DNA of 64,000 bases from Eledone cirrhosa (taxonomy: Eukaryota), in assembly GCA_964016885.1 (NCBI GenBank), contig OZ024741.1:91884001-91948000 (forward strand), in the 5' to 3' direction. Of this stretch, positions 1-11,966 are shown piece by piece. The translations under genes were made by a program, and so were the position numbers. Numbering within the stretch: the first letter of the stretch is position 1; every line of letters begins with the position of its first letter. The notes beneath the pieces are model-generated. The model was not told the origin of the DNA, searched no databases, and saw nothing but the letters and a program-made list of their open reading frames with translations.

Positions 1-334
1 CTGAGATGAACTTCACTTTTCATCCTGTCCATGTCAATATAGTATCACTTCATTATTATAGTTCATTCTTCCTTTATATCCCTTTTTTACTTCCTCTCTT
101 TTCATCTCCCCCCTCTCTTTCTCTCTCTTCCTCTCTCTTTTTCCCTCGCTCACTCTTCAACTTTCTGTGGAAGAAATTGGTTATCTCCAGATCTGGCGAG
201 GGATGGTCTCCGCCGCGTGTAACGACGTCTTCGCAATCAAAAAAGGGATATTTCAATTCAAACCTCCCAGAAATAGAATTAAAACTTAAACAGCTATAGT
301 ATATTTTATTCAATGTGAAGGTTAAATAGTCTGG

Positions 335-2062
335 GTGTTTAGCTCCCGACCGTCGAGAATTAGACAGAAACTGTGTAGAAGATCGTCCAATGAATTAAAC
401 CTGCAATTCACGGCTGTCCAGCCATATCACGTATGTCCAGTCATATCACGTATATTCAGCCATATCACGTATGCCCAGCCATATCACGTATGTCCAGCCA
501 TATCACGATATGTCCAGCCATATCACGATATGTCCAGCCATATCACGTATGTCCAGCCATATCACGTATGTCCAGCCATACCACGTATGTCCAGCCATAT
601 CACGTATGTCCAGCCATATCACGTATGCCCAGCCATATCACGTATGTCCAGCCATATCACGTATGCCCAGCCATATCACGTATGTCCAGCCATATCACGT
701 ATGTCCAGCCATATCACGATATGTCCAGCCATATCACGTATGTCCAGCCATATCACGTATGTCCAGCCATATCACGTATGTCCAGCCATACCACGTATGT
801 CCAGCCATATCACGTATGTCCAGCCATATCACGATATGTCCAGCCATATCACGATATGTCCAGCCATATCACGATATGTCCAGCCATATCACGATATGTC
901 CAGCCATATCACGTATGTCCAGCCATATCACGTATGTCCAGCCATACCACGTATGTCCAGCCATATCACGTATGTTCAGCCATATCACGTATGTCCAGCC
1001 ATATCACGTATGTTCAGCCATATCACGTATGTCCAGCCATATCACGTATGTCCAGCCATATCACGATATGTCCAGCCATATCACGTATGTTCAGCCATAT
1101 CACGTATGTCCAGCCATATCACGATATGTCCAGCCATATCACGTATGTCCAGCCATATCACGATATGTCCAGCCATATCACGATATGTCCAGCCATATCA
1201 CGATATGTCCAGCCATATCACGTATGTTCAGCCATATCACGTATGTCCAGCCATATCACGATATGTCCAGCCATATCACGTATGTCCAGCCATATCACGA
1301 TATGTCCAGCCATATCACGATATGTCCAGCCATATCACGATATGTCCAGCCATATCACGATATGTCCAGCCATATCACGTATGTCCAGCCATATCACGAT
1401 ATGTCCAGCCATATCACGTATGTCCAGCCATATCACGTATGTTCAGCCATATCCCGATATGTCCAGCCATATCACATATGTCCAGCCATATCACGTATGT
1501 TCAGCCATATCACGTATGTCCAGCCATATCACGTATGTCCAGCCATATCACGTATGTCCAGCCATATCACGTATGTTCAGCCATATCCCGATATGTCCAG
1601 CCATATCACGATATGTCCAGCCATATCACGTATGTCCAGCCATATCACGATATGTCCAGCCATATCACGTATGTCCAGCCATATCACGATATGTCCAGCC
1701 ATATCACGTATGTCCAGCCATATCATGTATGTTCAGCCATATCACGATATGTCCAGCCATATGACGATATGTCCAGCCATATCACGATATGTCCAGCCAT
1801 ATCACGATATGTCCAGCCATATCACGTATGTCCAGCCATATCACGATATGTCCAGCCATATCACGTATGTCCAGCCATATCACGATATGTCCAGCCATAT
1901 CACGTATGTCCAGCCATATCACGATATGTCCAGCCATATCACGTATGTCCAGCCATATCACGATATGTCCAGCCATATCACGTATTGTATCATGCTGAAT
2001 CGATTTAAAAATTCTGTTATGGGTTCACGTATTTGTGGAATAGTCAGCCACTTAATTCACGT
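335..2062 (+). mobile_element. Decayed SINE-like repeat copy hosting the satellite array
   Basis: The left flank (AGACAGAAACTGTGTAGAAG..AAACCTGCAATTCA) and right flank (GTATCATGCTGAAT..GTTATGGGTTCACGTATTTGTGGAATAGTCAGCCACTT) align by eye with the SINE module seen at 58961-59290 and 40160-40260. Confidence 0.65.
414..1985 (+). repeat. Tandem minisatellite, about 80 units of TGTCCAGCCATATCACG(A)TA (19 or 20 bp)
   Basis: Directly visible contiguous units with no spacers and a few point variants (ATACCAC, TGTTCAG, TGCCCAG, ATATCCCG). Confidence 0.98.
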
Positions 2063-2435
2063 CTTAGGTATTAAAAGTTTATGGAAAAATTGAAACTGTC
2101 GGAGTACCTATCATCACGAACACCACCATCATCATCATCATCATCACCATCACCATCATCATCATCATCATCATCATTATGAGAAACCAATTCTGGGTAC
2201 AGATTATCAGAAAAAGAGAATTGAATTTATGAATTTATGAATTACAAATGTAGTTTGATGGATTATATAGGAGAACCAATACAAAATATCAGTAGTTCCG
2301 ATGCCAAATTTTAGCCGCATAGTGGATAAACTAATTAGGAACACATGTTTCTTAAATACAGCATGTATACTCGAGAGTATAGAAAAGTCAGCATATTTAT
2401 TCATTTCAAAATGTTAATATTTATAATGCAGTAAA

Positions 2436-2650
2436 TGGTGGAGAATTGGCAGAATTGCTGGAACGTCGAATCCCGCTGTGATATTTGTTCTGCGTTTTTA
2501 CATTCTGAACTGAAATCCCACCGAGGTCAACTTTGCCTTTCATCCTTTCAAAGATAATAAAATGAAGTACTAGCCAAGTGCTGTGGTTGGTTTAATTAAC
2601 TTTGCTGTTCATTCAAATTTTCTGGCCTTGTGGCCAAATCAGAAATCATT
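2436..2650 (+). mobile_element. SINE family A copy (decayed)
   Basis: Contains the core CCGAGGTCAACTTTGCCTTTCATCC..AAGTAC..GGCCTTGTG shared with more than 10 other copies in the window. Confidence 0.75.
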
Positions 2651-2653
2651 ATA

Positions 2654-2842
2654 ATTGTTTCTACTATTGGCACAAGGCCAGCAATTACACAGTAGATTAC
2701 TGGTATTTCATTTTATCGACCCCGTAAGGATGAAAGGCAAAGTCAACCTCGGCGGTATTTGAACTCAGAATGGCAAGGGCCGTAACTCTATGCGTCAAAG
2801 CATGGCGTCCGACCCTCTACCGATACTGCCAATCCACCGCCC
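2654..2842 (-). mobile_element. SINE family A copy
   Basis: Close match to 18491-18680 (GGATGAAAGGCAAAGTCAACCTCGGCGG..TTTGAACTCAG..CTGCCAATCCACCGCC). Lies tail-to-tail with the copy at 2436-2650. Confidence 0.85.
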
Positions 2843-2926
2843 TAAAAATCATTATAATGCAGAAAGAATAGTACGTGCCATTTATATGCTGTTTTCTACT
2901 TTCGTCTCTCTCCCTCCCACCCCCAC

Positions 2927-2986
<60 letters not shown>

Positions 2987-2987
<1 letters not shown>

Positions 2988-3282
2988 AATATATATATAT
3001 ATAGACTTCTCAACAATAAGATGCGAAAACTTACCTCAACACTTGATTTTAAATCTTTAATTTTTAGTTTTTAATCCTTATTAATCTTTTTGATTGTAAT
3101 ACTCAACATTTAATAAGATGGATTTTACTAATACATCGAAACCGGTAATACTGTATATACATTATAAAACTCTTTTTTAAAGAATTGTCCCTCTCATGTT
3201 TTCAATAATGCCATTTTGACGAATTAAAGAAAAGGAAAAAGAAAGAAAAACAGACCCTTAAATATATTTTCAGTGCTATTTC

Positions 3283-3364
<82 letters not shown>

Positions 3365-3661
3365 ATATATATATATATATAGACTTCTCAACAATAAGAT
3401 GCGAAAACTTACCTCAACACTTGATTTTAAATCTTTAATTTTTAGTTTTTAATCCTTATTAATTCTTTTTGATTGTAATACTCAACATTTAATAAGATGG
3501 ATTTTACTAATACATCGAAACCGGTAATACTGTATATACATTATAAAACTCTTTTTTACAGAATTGTCCCTCTCATGTTTTCAATAATGCCATTTTGACG
3601 AATCAAAGAAAAGGAAAAAGAAAGAAAAACAGACCCTTAAATATATTTTCAGTGCTATTTC

Positions 3662-3666
<5 letters not shown>
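2987..3666 (+). repeat. Tandem duplication of about 300 bp (2987-3286 and 3361-3666) separated and flanked by (CT)n
   Basis: Near-identical sequence starting CAATATATAT..AGACTTCTCAACAATAAG and ending GTGCTATTTCCAATCTCTC in both copies. Confidence 0.95.
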
Positions 3667-3753
<87 letters not shown>

Positions 3754-3774
3754 CTCTCTCTCTCGCTTTCTCTA

Positions 3775-4444
3775 TCTAAAGTTCTAGTTAAACTTTAATT
3801 ACTTACCTACCTAGCTGTGTGTGCTTACACACTTTTACAAATTATTCCCTGATTGTTTCAAATATTTATTTTAGATATATATATATGTCAATCAATTCTA
3901 GTTGATATAAAATGTTCGGATCTATTCATTGGAATCTTTGAGCTTATTCTACAGTGGATATGGCGCATGTCTCTCAGACATGAAACCCTTAATTTAATTT
4001 TGGATATATATACAGCCCCTTAATTGTAGAGCTAACTCAGTTTAAAGGACTCGCCTGCTATTTCTAGTTGTCGATAATCCTATTCACGCCACTGGGATGA
4101 AGCTAGTACCATGTGTGTATTTTTAAAAAAATGCAACACGTGCTTATAGTCATTCGCAGATTTGCATTTGCTGTGTAAACACAGATAGTTAAATCTTCTC
4201 CCTTGTTGAAAATGCGGATTTTGACTACTATGGTTTACCGATCGATTGATGGTGAAATATATTTCTTTAATGAAATATATACAAGGAGGATTAATCATTT
4301 TAAAGGGTATCTATATTTAAAGTTCTAGTTAAACTTTAATTACTTACCTACCTAGCTGTGTGTGCTTACACACTTTTACAAATTATTCCCTGTGATTATT
4401 TCATGTTTATTTTATATATATATATATGTCCATCAATTTCTAGT

Positions 4445-4450
<6 letters not shown>
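3775..4450 (+). repeat. ORF-less element with terminal direct repeats of about 135 bp (3775-3908, 4315-4450)
   Basis: TAAAGTTCTAGTTAAACTTTAATTACTTACCTACCTAGCTGTGTGTGCTTACACAC occurs twice about 540 bp apart, between (CT)n and (TA)n. Confidence 0.8.
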
Positions 4451-4489
<39 letters not shown>

Positions 4490-4492
<3 letters not shown>

Positions 4493-5460
4493 AATGTCGT
4501 GCTGCGTTGTTGCGAATGTGACACAAGTGAAATAAAAAGTAGAGCAAGAAACCAGGACAATCCATCATCAGTGATCTTCTGGCTATCATCGGTATTTCTT
4601 CGCATTAAAGACCAGATACCTCAAGACAGAGCGAGCAATGACTAAAATAAGTTATTGGGATAAAAATAATTAGGTGGAGACAGAGAGACATGTAAACAAA
4701 CAGAATGGTAAGACAACGTAAAGAGAGGAAGATTAGAAACAAGTCAGTGATACATTGTGAACTTAAGTTCTAGCAAATCAATGACCAGAAGAAAAGACGC
4801 GTCCAAACCTAGCGAAATGTGAGCGAGAAAAGGGTTTCACACAAGATCACTGTTGATGGATAGTCCTGGTTTCTTGCTCTATTTTTTATTTCACTTGTAT
4901 CATATTCGCAACAACGCAGCACGCCATTTCTCATTCATAGATATTTTTTCACTCCGCTGTGACCTGTCTGTTTCTATCACCTTACTGCTATCCTCTTTCT
5001 CTCTCCCTCTTCTCTCTCCTTGTATCTCTTACTTTCATTCACCCCCTCTGCTGGTCACCCTCTCTCGGCTGGCCTCTTCCTCACACTTTCACTCACTCAC
5101 TCTCTGCTACTCGCCCTCTCTCACTTCCTCCCGTCTGACCTGTGTGAAATCCTTTTCTCGCTCACATTTCGCTAGGTTTGGACGCGCCTTTTCTTCTCGT
5201 CATTGATTTGCTAGAACTTAAGTTCACAATGTATCACTGACTTGTTTCTCATCTTCCTCTCTTTACGTTGTCTTACCATTCTGTTTTTTTACATGTCTCT
5301 CTTTCTCCACCCAATTCTTTTTATCCCAATAACTTATTTTAGTTATTGCTCGCACTATCTTGAGGTATCTGGTCTTTAATGCGAAGAAATACCGATGATA
5401 GCCAGAAGATCACTGATGATGGATAGTCCTGGTTTCTTGCTCTAATTCTTATTTCACTTT
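4490..5460. mobile_element. ORF-less element with about 320-bp inverted arms (4525-4843 and 5141-5460), Penelope-like architecture
   Basis: The arms are reverse complements of each other. The end segment recurs a third time at 4843-4930. The element is flanked by (TA)n on both sides. Confidence 0.7.
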
Positions 5461-5473
5461 GTATATATATATA

Positions 5474-5529
<56 letters not shown>

Positions 5530-5716
5530 TGTGTTGATTAGTTACCGACACTTCAGTACTAAACAAAGGGCGCAGGTGGGTCTCTTTACTCCGGAGTAAT
5601 TTAAAAACAAGAAGTGTAAGTTAACAGGTTAAAATTAACTTTCGTTTATTCATAATTGATATGAATAAACAAAATTAATTTTAACCTGTTGATTACACTT
5701 CTTATATATACATATA

Positions 5717-5818
<102 letters not shown>

Positions 5819-7049
5819 GATGTATATATATATATATAACAAGGAGCTTGAGCAAGGTTTTTTATCATTAGTATTTTTCCTCTCATTCTTGCAGAAACAT
5901 GTGTAAAACCGTGTGTGTGAGTGTATGTATTTCCACTTGGCCTTAAGAAAGCTTTTCAATCATAAAGTCCTGTGTTTAATGTCACTAGATCTGGCATAGT
6001 GAAGGTGTGGTCCAGGTCTTGTGAGTGAAGTTAGGTAATTATTTGAAAATCCGTTTGATAGAGTGTACCTGTAATTAAAAAGGCCAGCCTATTCGCCTAC
6101 CTTTTTACATTGAATCTTTCTAAGAATTACATTAAAGGTACACGTGTCTATGAAACGATCAATCACCTCCTCGTTAATTCCTCAATTCAGGCTCTTCAGT
6201 GAATTGAACAACTAAATCACTCTTCGTCGAAACCACCGCACTACTAAAAGAAGTGAGTGTAAATTTAATACTGTATTTTTATTTATTTTTACTTTGCAGG
6301 TTTACGTAGGAATGTTATATGCCCACACATGTAGCTTCTTGTATAGATATTATTGATAAATACAGCCATTATAATAAAACTTGTAAATTATTAAGCGTTT
6401 TCGATATTCTGATAGCTGCGGGATAATTCTCTATGTCACCCGATTGTCTCCAAACATTTATTTATCTTTCAAACTTTTGTTTATTTTATTCTGTTTTATC
6501 AATAAATAACTGTCCCAACTATTAATATTTCAGCGATTTTTTTTTATACTCGATTACTTTACACATATAAGACATATCTATTTTTAGAAATATTTGCAAT
6601 ATTTTTTCGTTTTCAGTTGACAAATCAATCAATTTTACTGTATTGTACGTATTTCTCATGGCTGACAAGTGGCAGAGTCGTTCAAACTATTAATATATTA
6701 GAAATTTTATCATGCGCAAAACTGGACATGATTGAACATGCGCAAAGTCTGACTGTAGTGAGCTATACACAAGACCCAACCACGTTTAGTCATGTACTTA
6801 CGCAGCAGCATCAGTACTTGCGCATACGGACTAGCGTCGGATTTTGTGCATGCGCACAAGCGTTGTGTCATAAGAAATCAAAAAACAAAACTTAGCTTAC
6901 ATGCAGCAAAGATTGAATTTTTTAACTCGAACTGCAGCCATCCCGCTAACCGACTACATACAATACCTAGACGTTTCCACACATTCGTCAATTTGCCGTA
7001 ATTCTACGTGTAGATAGAGTTTCGATACCTGCAATGGCTTACTAAATAA

Positions 7050-7420
7050 TGGTTTCTGACTTAGGCACTAGGTCAATATTTTGGGGGGAGGAGGAAGTCG
7101 ATTAAATCAACCCCAATGCATTACTGGTACTTTATTTTATCGACCCGTAAGGATGAAAGGCAAAGCTAACCTCGACGGGATTTGAACTTAGCAAGTTAAA
7201 GGGACGTAACTCTATGCCACAAAGCATATTGTCTGATGCTCTACCGATACTGCCAATCCACCAACCTTATGGTTTACTTAATAATTGTTTCTACATTTGG
7301 CAATTACCCAGTGCATTACTGGTACTTTATTTTATCGAATCTCGTAAGGATGAAAGGCAAAGTTAACCTCGGCGGGATTTGAACTCAGAACGTAAAGGGC
7401 CATAACTCTATGCTGCAAAT
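7050..7420 (-). mobile_element. Two adjacent SINE family A copies (7050-7267 and partial 7284-7420)
   Basis: Both have the family core. The first is bracketed by an imperfect TSD, ATGGCTTACTAAATAAT / ATGGTTTACTTAATAAT. Confidence 0.8.
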
Positions 7421-8212
7421 CATTGAAGGAGGAAAATAGTTATAAATCTATTGAAATTTCTCAGTTAAATTGCGGCCACTTGATAGGGGTAGGGTTTCCT
7501 TCTATACTGGAAGAAAGTAGTATTTTGTCTTTTTCTTTAATATTTAAAGACACAACGCTAGTGCACTTGCGCAAGCCTCAACGCTTGTGTAAATTCGCAA
7601 GTATTGAGTCTGATGCACATGCACAAGGACAGATGCTACCACGTGTGCATAAGGCGTGACTCTAGTACACAAGCAAGTTTTGGAACACCATATATAGGTT
7701 CTTTTAACTATTCTTTTGAACATCATATATAATTATTTTGTTTGGGTAAAATAAAATATAATCAGGAAATTGAAACCGCTACTTAAACATTGCAGCATAC
7801 CATTTACATCTTAGCTTGATGTTATTTGAATATTTATATTTCTGAGGTAAATTTGAAACATTAAGATGAATTTGAAATTTTAGACAAACCTGGAAGCCAT
7901 TAACAATGCACTTGATATCCATCGACAAGATCCCAGACTTCATTCGCTTAACGAATGGGGTGGAGCTCGTCAAATCGGACCGAGGAAACAATGTTTCCGT
8001 TGGTCTTTCCAATTGCTAATACTATCTGTCGGTCGCAACTCCAGGCAGAAGGAGCAGCGTGAAATAAAGTATCTTGCTCAAGGACATGGCACATTGCCCA
8101 GTCTTGGAATCGAAATCACATCTTCACGCTTCATATAAAAATGTAAATTTGTTCATTTTTTTTATATATATCTCCATCCACCTATATATAAGTATGTTAT
8201 TTTTGTTTATAT

Positions 8213-8309
<97 letters not shown>

Positions 8310-8310
<1 letters not shown>

Positions 8311-9584
8311 CTTATATATAAAGTGAAGATGGGCATTGTTTGGTGTTCCCAACTTGCAGGCTACACCGTTCATCCGATTTTCATGAAACCTGAGACATAT
8401 ATAAAACTCGATCCGTAGATTGGAATAGGCTACTTGAAATTTTCGAAAACTCGATAATCACACATATATAAAACTCAACGCGTAGAGTGGAATAGGCTAC
8501 TTGAAAATTTCGAACAATCGATAAGCGGGACCCCAGAAGCCAAAAATCGATATTTTTAAAAATCGATGAAACTCGACGCAAGTGTGTATTTTGATTCGGG
8601 GATAAACGTGCGCTACATAAAATTTTCGATAAATCGATAATTGGATCACCAGAGGCAAAAATCGATATTTACGAAATTTGTCCGATTCCAATGAAATTTG
8701 ACGTAGGTATGTATTTTGATGCGGGGATTAACGTGGGATACTTGAAATTGTAAAAAGAAAATCGATAATCAGACCCCCAGAGGCAAAAATCCGGCAACCG
8801 AAAAACGCCATTCTTCTTGCTTACATTTGTCGCGACTACCGCCATGCAAAAAACGTTCAATCTATCAGGATTATCCACCGTAAGTCTCTTTAAATTAACG
8901 CTCACCATATTCAGCAAACCTTTTATGCCGATTCTTCCATTTCTTATATGAGGACTATCAACACTATACCGCCGCGCGTCATCCTGTATTGCACCCAGTC
9001 TTCTCAAGCGATCATCGAGCCTCCATGCGCTCCCTTCATTCCCGTGGTCCCACTACCGTAGCATAATGAGCTCTCCCATCCCTGCACGCCGTCGACCTAC
9101 TGCATCATTGTGCATCACCATGCGCATCTCTGCATTGTCAGCTGCAATTCATTCCCCGGCCCTTTCCATTGCCTGCCCTCCGTGGTCCCTAAGGACTGCC
9201 ACGGCTCAACATGCCGAATCCCTGCCACCGTCCACCCCTGCCCATTTCCATTGCCTACACTCCGGGAGAACTCAAGACTTCCAGGCCTGACCAAGCCGCA
9301 TCCCTGCCACCGTCAACCCCTGCCCTCTCCCTTCCCTGCACGCCGTCGTCCCATTGCATCGTCATGCCTCACCATGCCGCATTACTGCGCTGTCGGCCAC
9401 CATCTGGACCTACAATTGATCCATTATTTATGCTCAATTACACACCTGCGTATACTAACCTCTGTTTTTTTCCTTGAGGTTCGAAGGTTTTTGCACCTGT
9501 GATGCGCGAGAAGTAACTTTCAGACATTTTAACAACAGACCAAAGGTCGACTTACACCCGGGCAACGCCGGGTACTTCTGCTAC
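8310..9584 (+). mobile_element. Non-autonomous Helitron, copy 1
   Basis: 5' end TCTTATATATAAAGTGAAG, internal subterminal repeats, and 3' hairpin ACCCGGGCAACGCCGGGT followed by ACTTCTGCTA. Confidence 0.85.
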
Positions 9585-11584
9585 TAATATATAAAGTGAA
9601 GTTGTGCGTTGTTTGTTTGTTTGTTGTCACTAACTTGCAGGCTACACCGTTCATCCGATTTTCATGAAACCTGAGACATATATAAAACTCGATCCGTAGA
9701 TTGGAATAGGCTACTTGAAATTTTCGAAAACTCGATAATCGGACCCCTAGAAGCCAAAAATCGATATTTTCAAAAATCGATATTTTCAAAAATCGTCCGA
9801 TTTCGATGAAACTCGACGCAAGTATGTATTTTGATCCGGGGATGAACGTGGGCTACATTAATTGAATCACCAGGGGCAAAAATCGATATTTACGAAATTT
9901 GTCCGATTCCAATGAGATTTGACGTAGGTATGTATTTTGATGCGGGGATCAACGTGGGGTACTTGAAATTTTCAAAAACTCGATAATCGGACCCCCAGAG
10001 GCAAAAATCGATATTTTTAGAATTCGTCCGACTTCAATGAAATTTGATATTACCACAATAATAGATCCATTAGGCTTCAAAAATTCAGAAAGTTTTTTTA
10101 AACTCATAAATCATGCGTTAAATGAGACCTTTAAGAGTTAGGGCAGACAATTATTCATAGTTTAATTATCAATGGCGCAATATTGTGGGAATATACAAAT
10201 CTACGCCTTTCTTTATGGGAAAATGGAAGGCTTTACAAACAGATATTCAGGGTTCTTTGGGTAGAATTCTTAATTCTTAAATAATTGTACAGTCAACAAA
10301 ATATACGACAGAATGTTTTTCATATTTTTTTCAAAAATCTTTCGATTTCAATGAAATTTAATGTGTATGTATTCGAACACAAGCACTTATAGTTTACACC
10401 TGGCGCAATCAAAATCAATTTCATATGCCCATATAAGCACGCACACACTGTGACTCACGCGCGTTATTGATTGGACGGCCTGTCTATACCACGATCAGTA
10501 TGTTTTCTCAACGATAGATACACAAACAGGTACGCACGCACGTGCGAACCGCCTTTTTCTCTTTGTGTGTATCCGCTTTTTGTGAACAACATTAAATCCG
10601 ACCGTCTCACTAAACGGACCTTTACAGAATTTGCCCACTTACTTATCGGTGAGTTAGTACTTATTTATTTAGACTACTTGCATGCCATTTCAGTTATATT
10701 TAATTCATTTTTCGCCTTCCTTAAATTTAAAAATCCCCATTGGATTGTCGACATCTTAGCGTTAAACTTTTCATATTCCCCCTTATTCAAGTGCAAATAC
10801 AGTATTATCCCTATCTGAAAGGAAACCAAATTTAATGGTGTCTTTTGTGATGCCAAAACTAAAAGCGGTGAGTAAATTTTCAAACAGTCTTAAATAATCA
10901 TGCTTTTTGAAAAAAATTTACCAAATAATACTTTGACTAAGTTGTATTGGACACATACAAAGATGTAAAAAAATGTTACGTCCGTACCAATTTTTTCCTT
11001 TTTTAAACAAAAGGTTCTAAAAAATTACTTAATTCATAACACTACTGTCACAGCCTTTTGCACAGGAAGTGAGTAAGTTTTCGGGTTTTTAAACGTAAGT
11101 TCACCAGGGTTTGTGTCTTTTCCATTATTAGCCCACCTCTAATGGCATTTTTTGTTCTGTTTACGACTAAATGTTATGAGCGGATTTGCAAATTGCTATT
11201 GTTCTTTAATTTTTTAATTAGTTGTCATAGACCATCTGCATGCAGTACAATTGATTGCGCACGCGTACACACCTGCATGCAGATAAACACTGATACCTGC
11301 ATGCAGATAAACACTGACAGCGATAATTTGCTTATTAAGACATCGGTCAAAAAGAGAGATTGAATGTACTTTGGAAAAGTTTTTGAATATATTGTTCTTT
11401 TTGGCATATGTCAGAAATATAGCTACTATTCACTTTGGTTAATTTTTGTAACTAGGAAACGGTTCCTTTTGGGTGGATACTTAACGCGAAAGGTCCCAGG
11501 GTTTTGGACAAGTTTGTTTCAGGCACTGTATAGACGCCAATTTTATCACACTTTGGTCATGAATTCGTATTCTTTTCCAATAGA

Positions 11585-11844
11585 TACCGTATTTTCCGCT
11601 CTATAAGGCTCACCGGGATATAAGGCGTATCATTTAAAATCAGGTCCGCGCAACGGCGTGTAAGGCCAACCAGGAAAATGATATCTTCTTTACTTTTAGT
11701 CTAGATCTATTACTTCTGTTAGAGCCGTGATTGATTACCATTGTATTATTTATACATAAGGCTCACCAGAGTATAAAGCACAGATCTGTTTTTTGATGAA
11801 ATTTAGGTATTTTAAGTGTACTTTATAGGCCGTTAAATTCGGTA
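11585..11844. mobile_element. Tc1/mariner (pogo-type) MITE nested in the Helitron
   Basis: TA-CCGTATTTTCCGCTCTATAAG at the left and a degenerate inverse TTTATAGGCCGTTAAATTCGG-TA at the right, with an internal TATAAGGCTCACC repeat. Confidence 0.65.
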
Positions 11845-11966
11845 AGTTATTATAATCATACTTTCAAACCTTCCCATTCACCAGTAACCATGCTAGCGAA
11901 TCTGGTGTCATCTCTCTCTGTACTTAATCACCCCTCTCTAACCTAACAGCATCGTTACACGTCGTT

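Noticed and set aside
6-313. ORFs 6-299 (+) and 74-313 (-)
   Set aside because: Partly a CT-rich low-complexity tract, with no recognisable domain or convincing splice pair.
414-1985. Possible CRISPR array or telomeric repeat
   Set aside because: The units are contiguous with no unique spacers, there are no cas genes, the context is eukaryotic, and the unit is not a G-rich telomere motif.
335-2093. ORFs of 443-557 aa in three frames
   Set aside because: They are translations of a stop-free 19/20-bp satellite. The same peptide words appear in all frames, so there is no evidence of a real protein.
5405-5440. CTGATGA in the inverted element as a hammerhead core
   Set aside because: No downstream stem II-GAAA-stem III arrangement could be paired.
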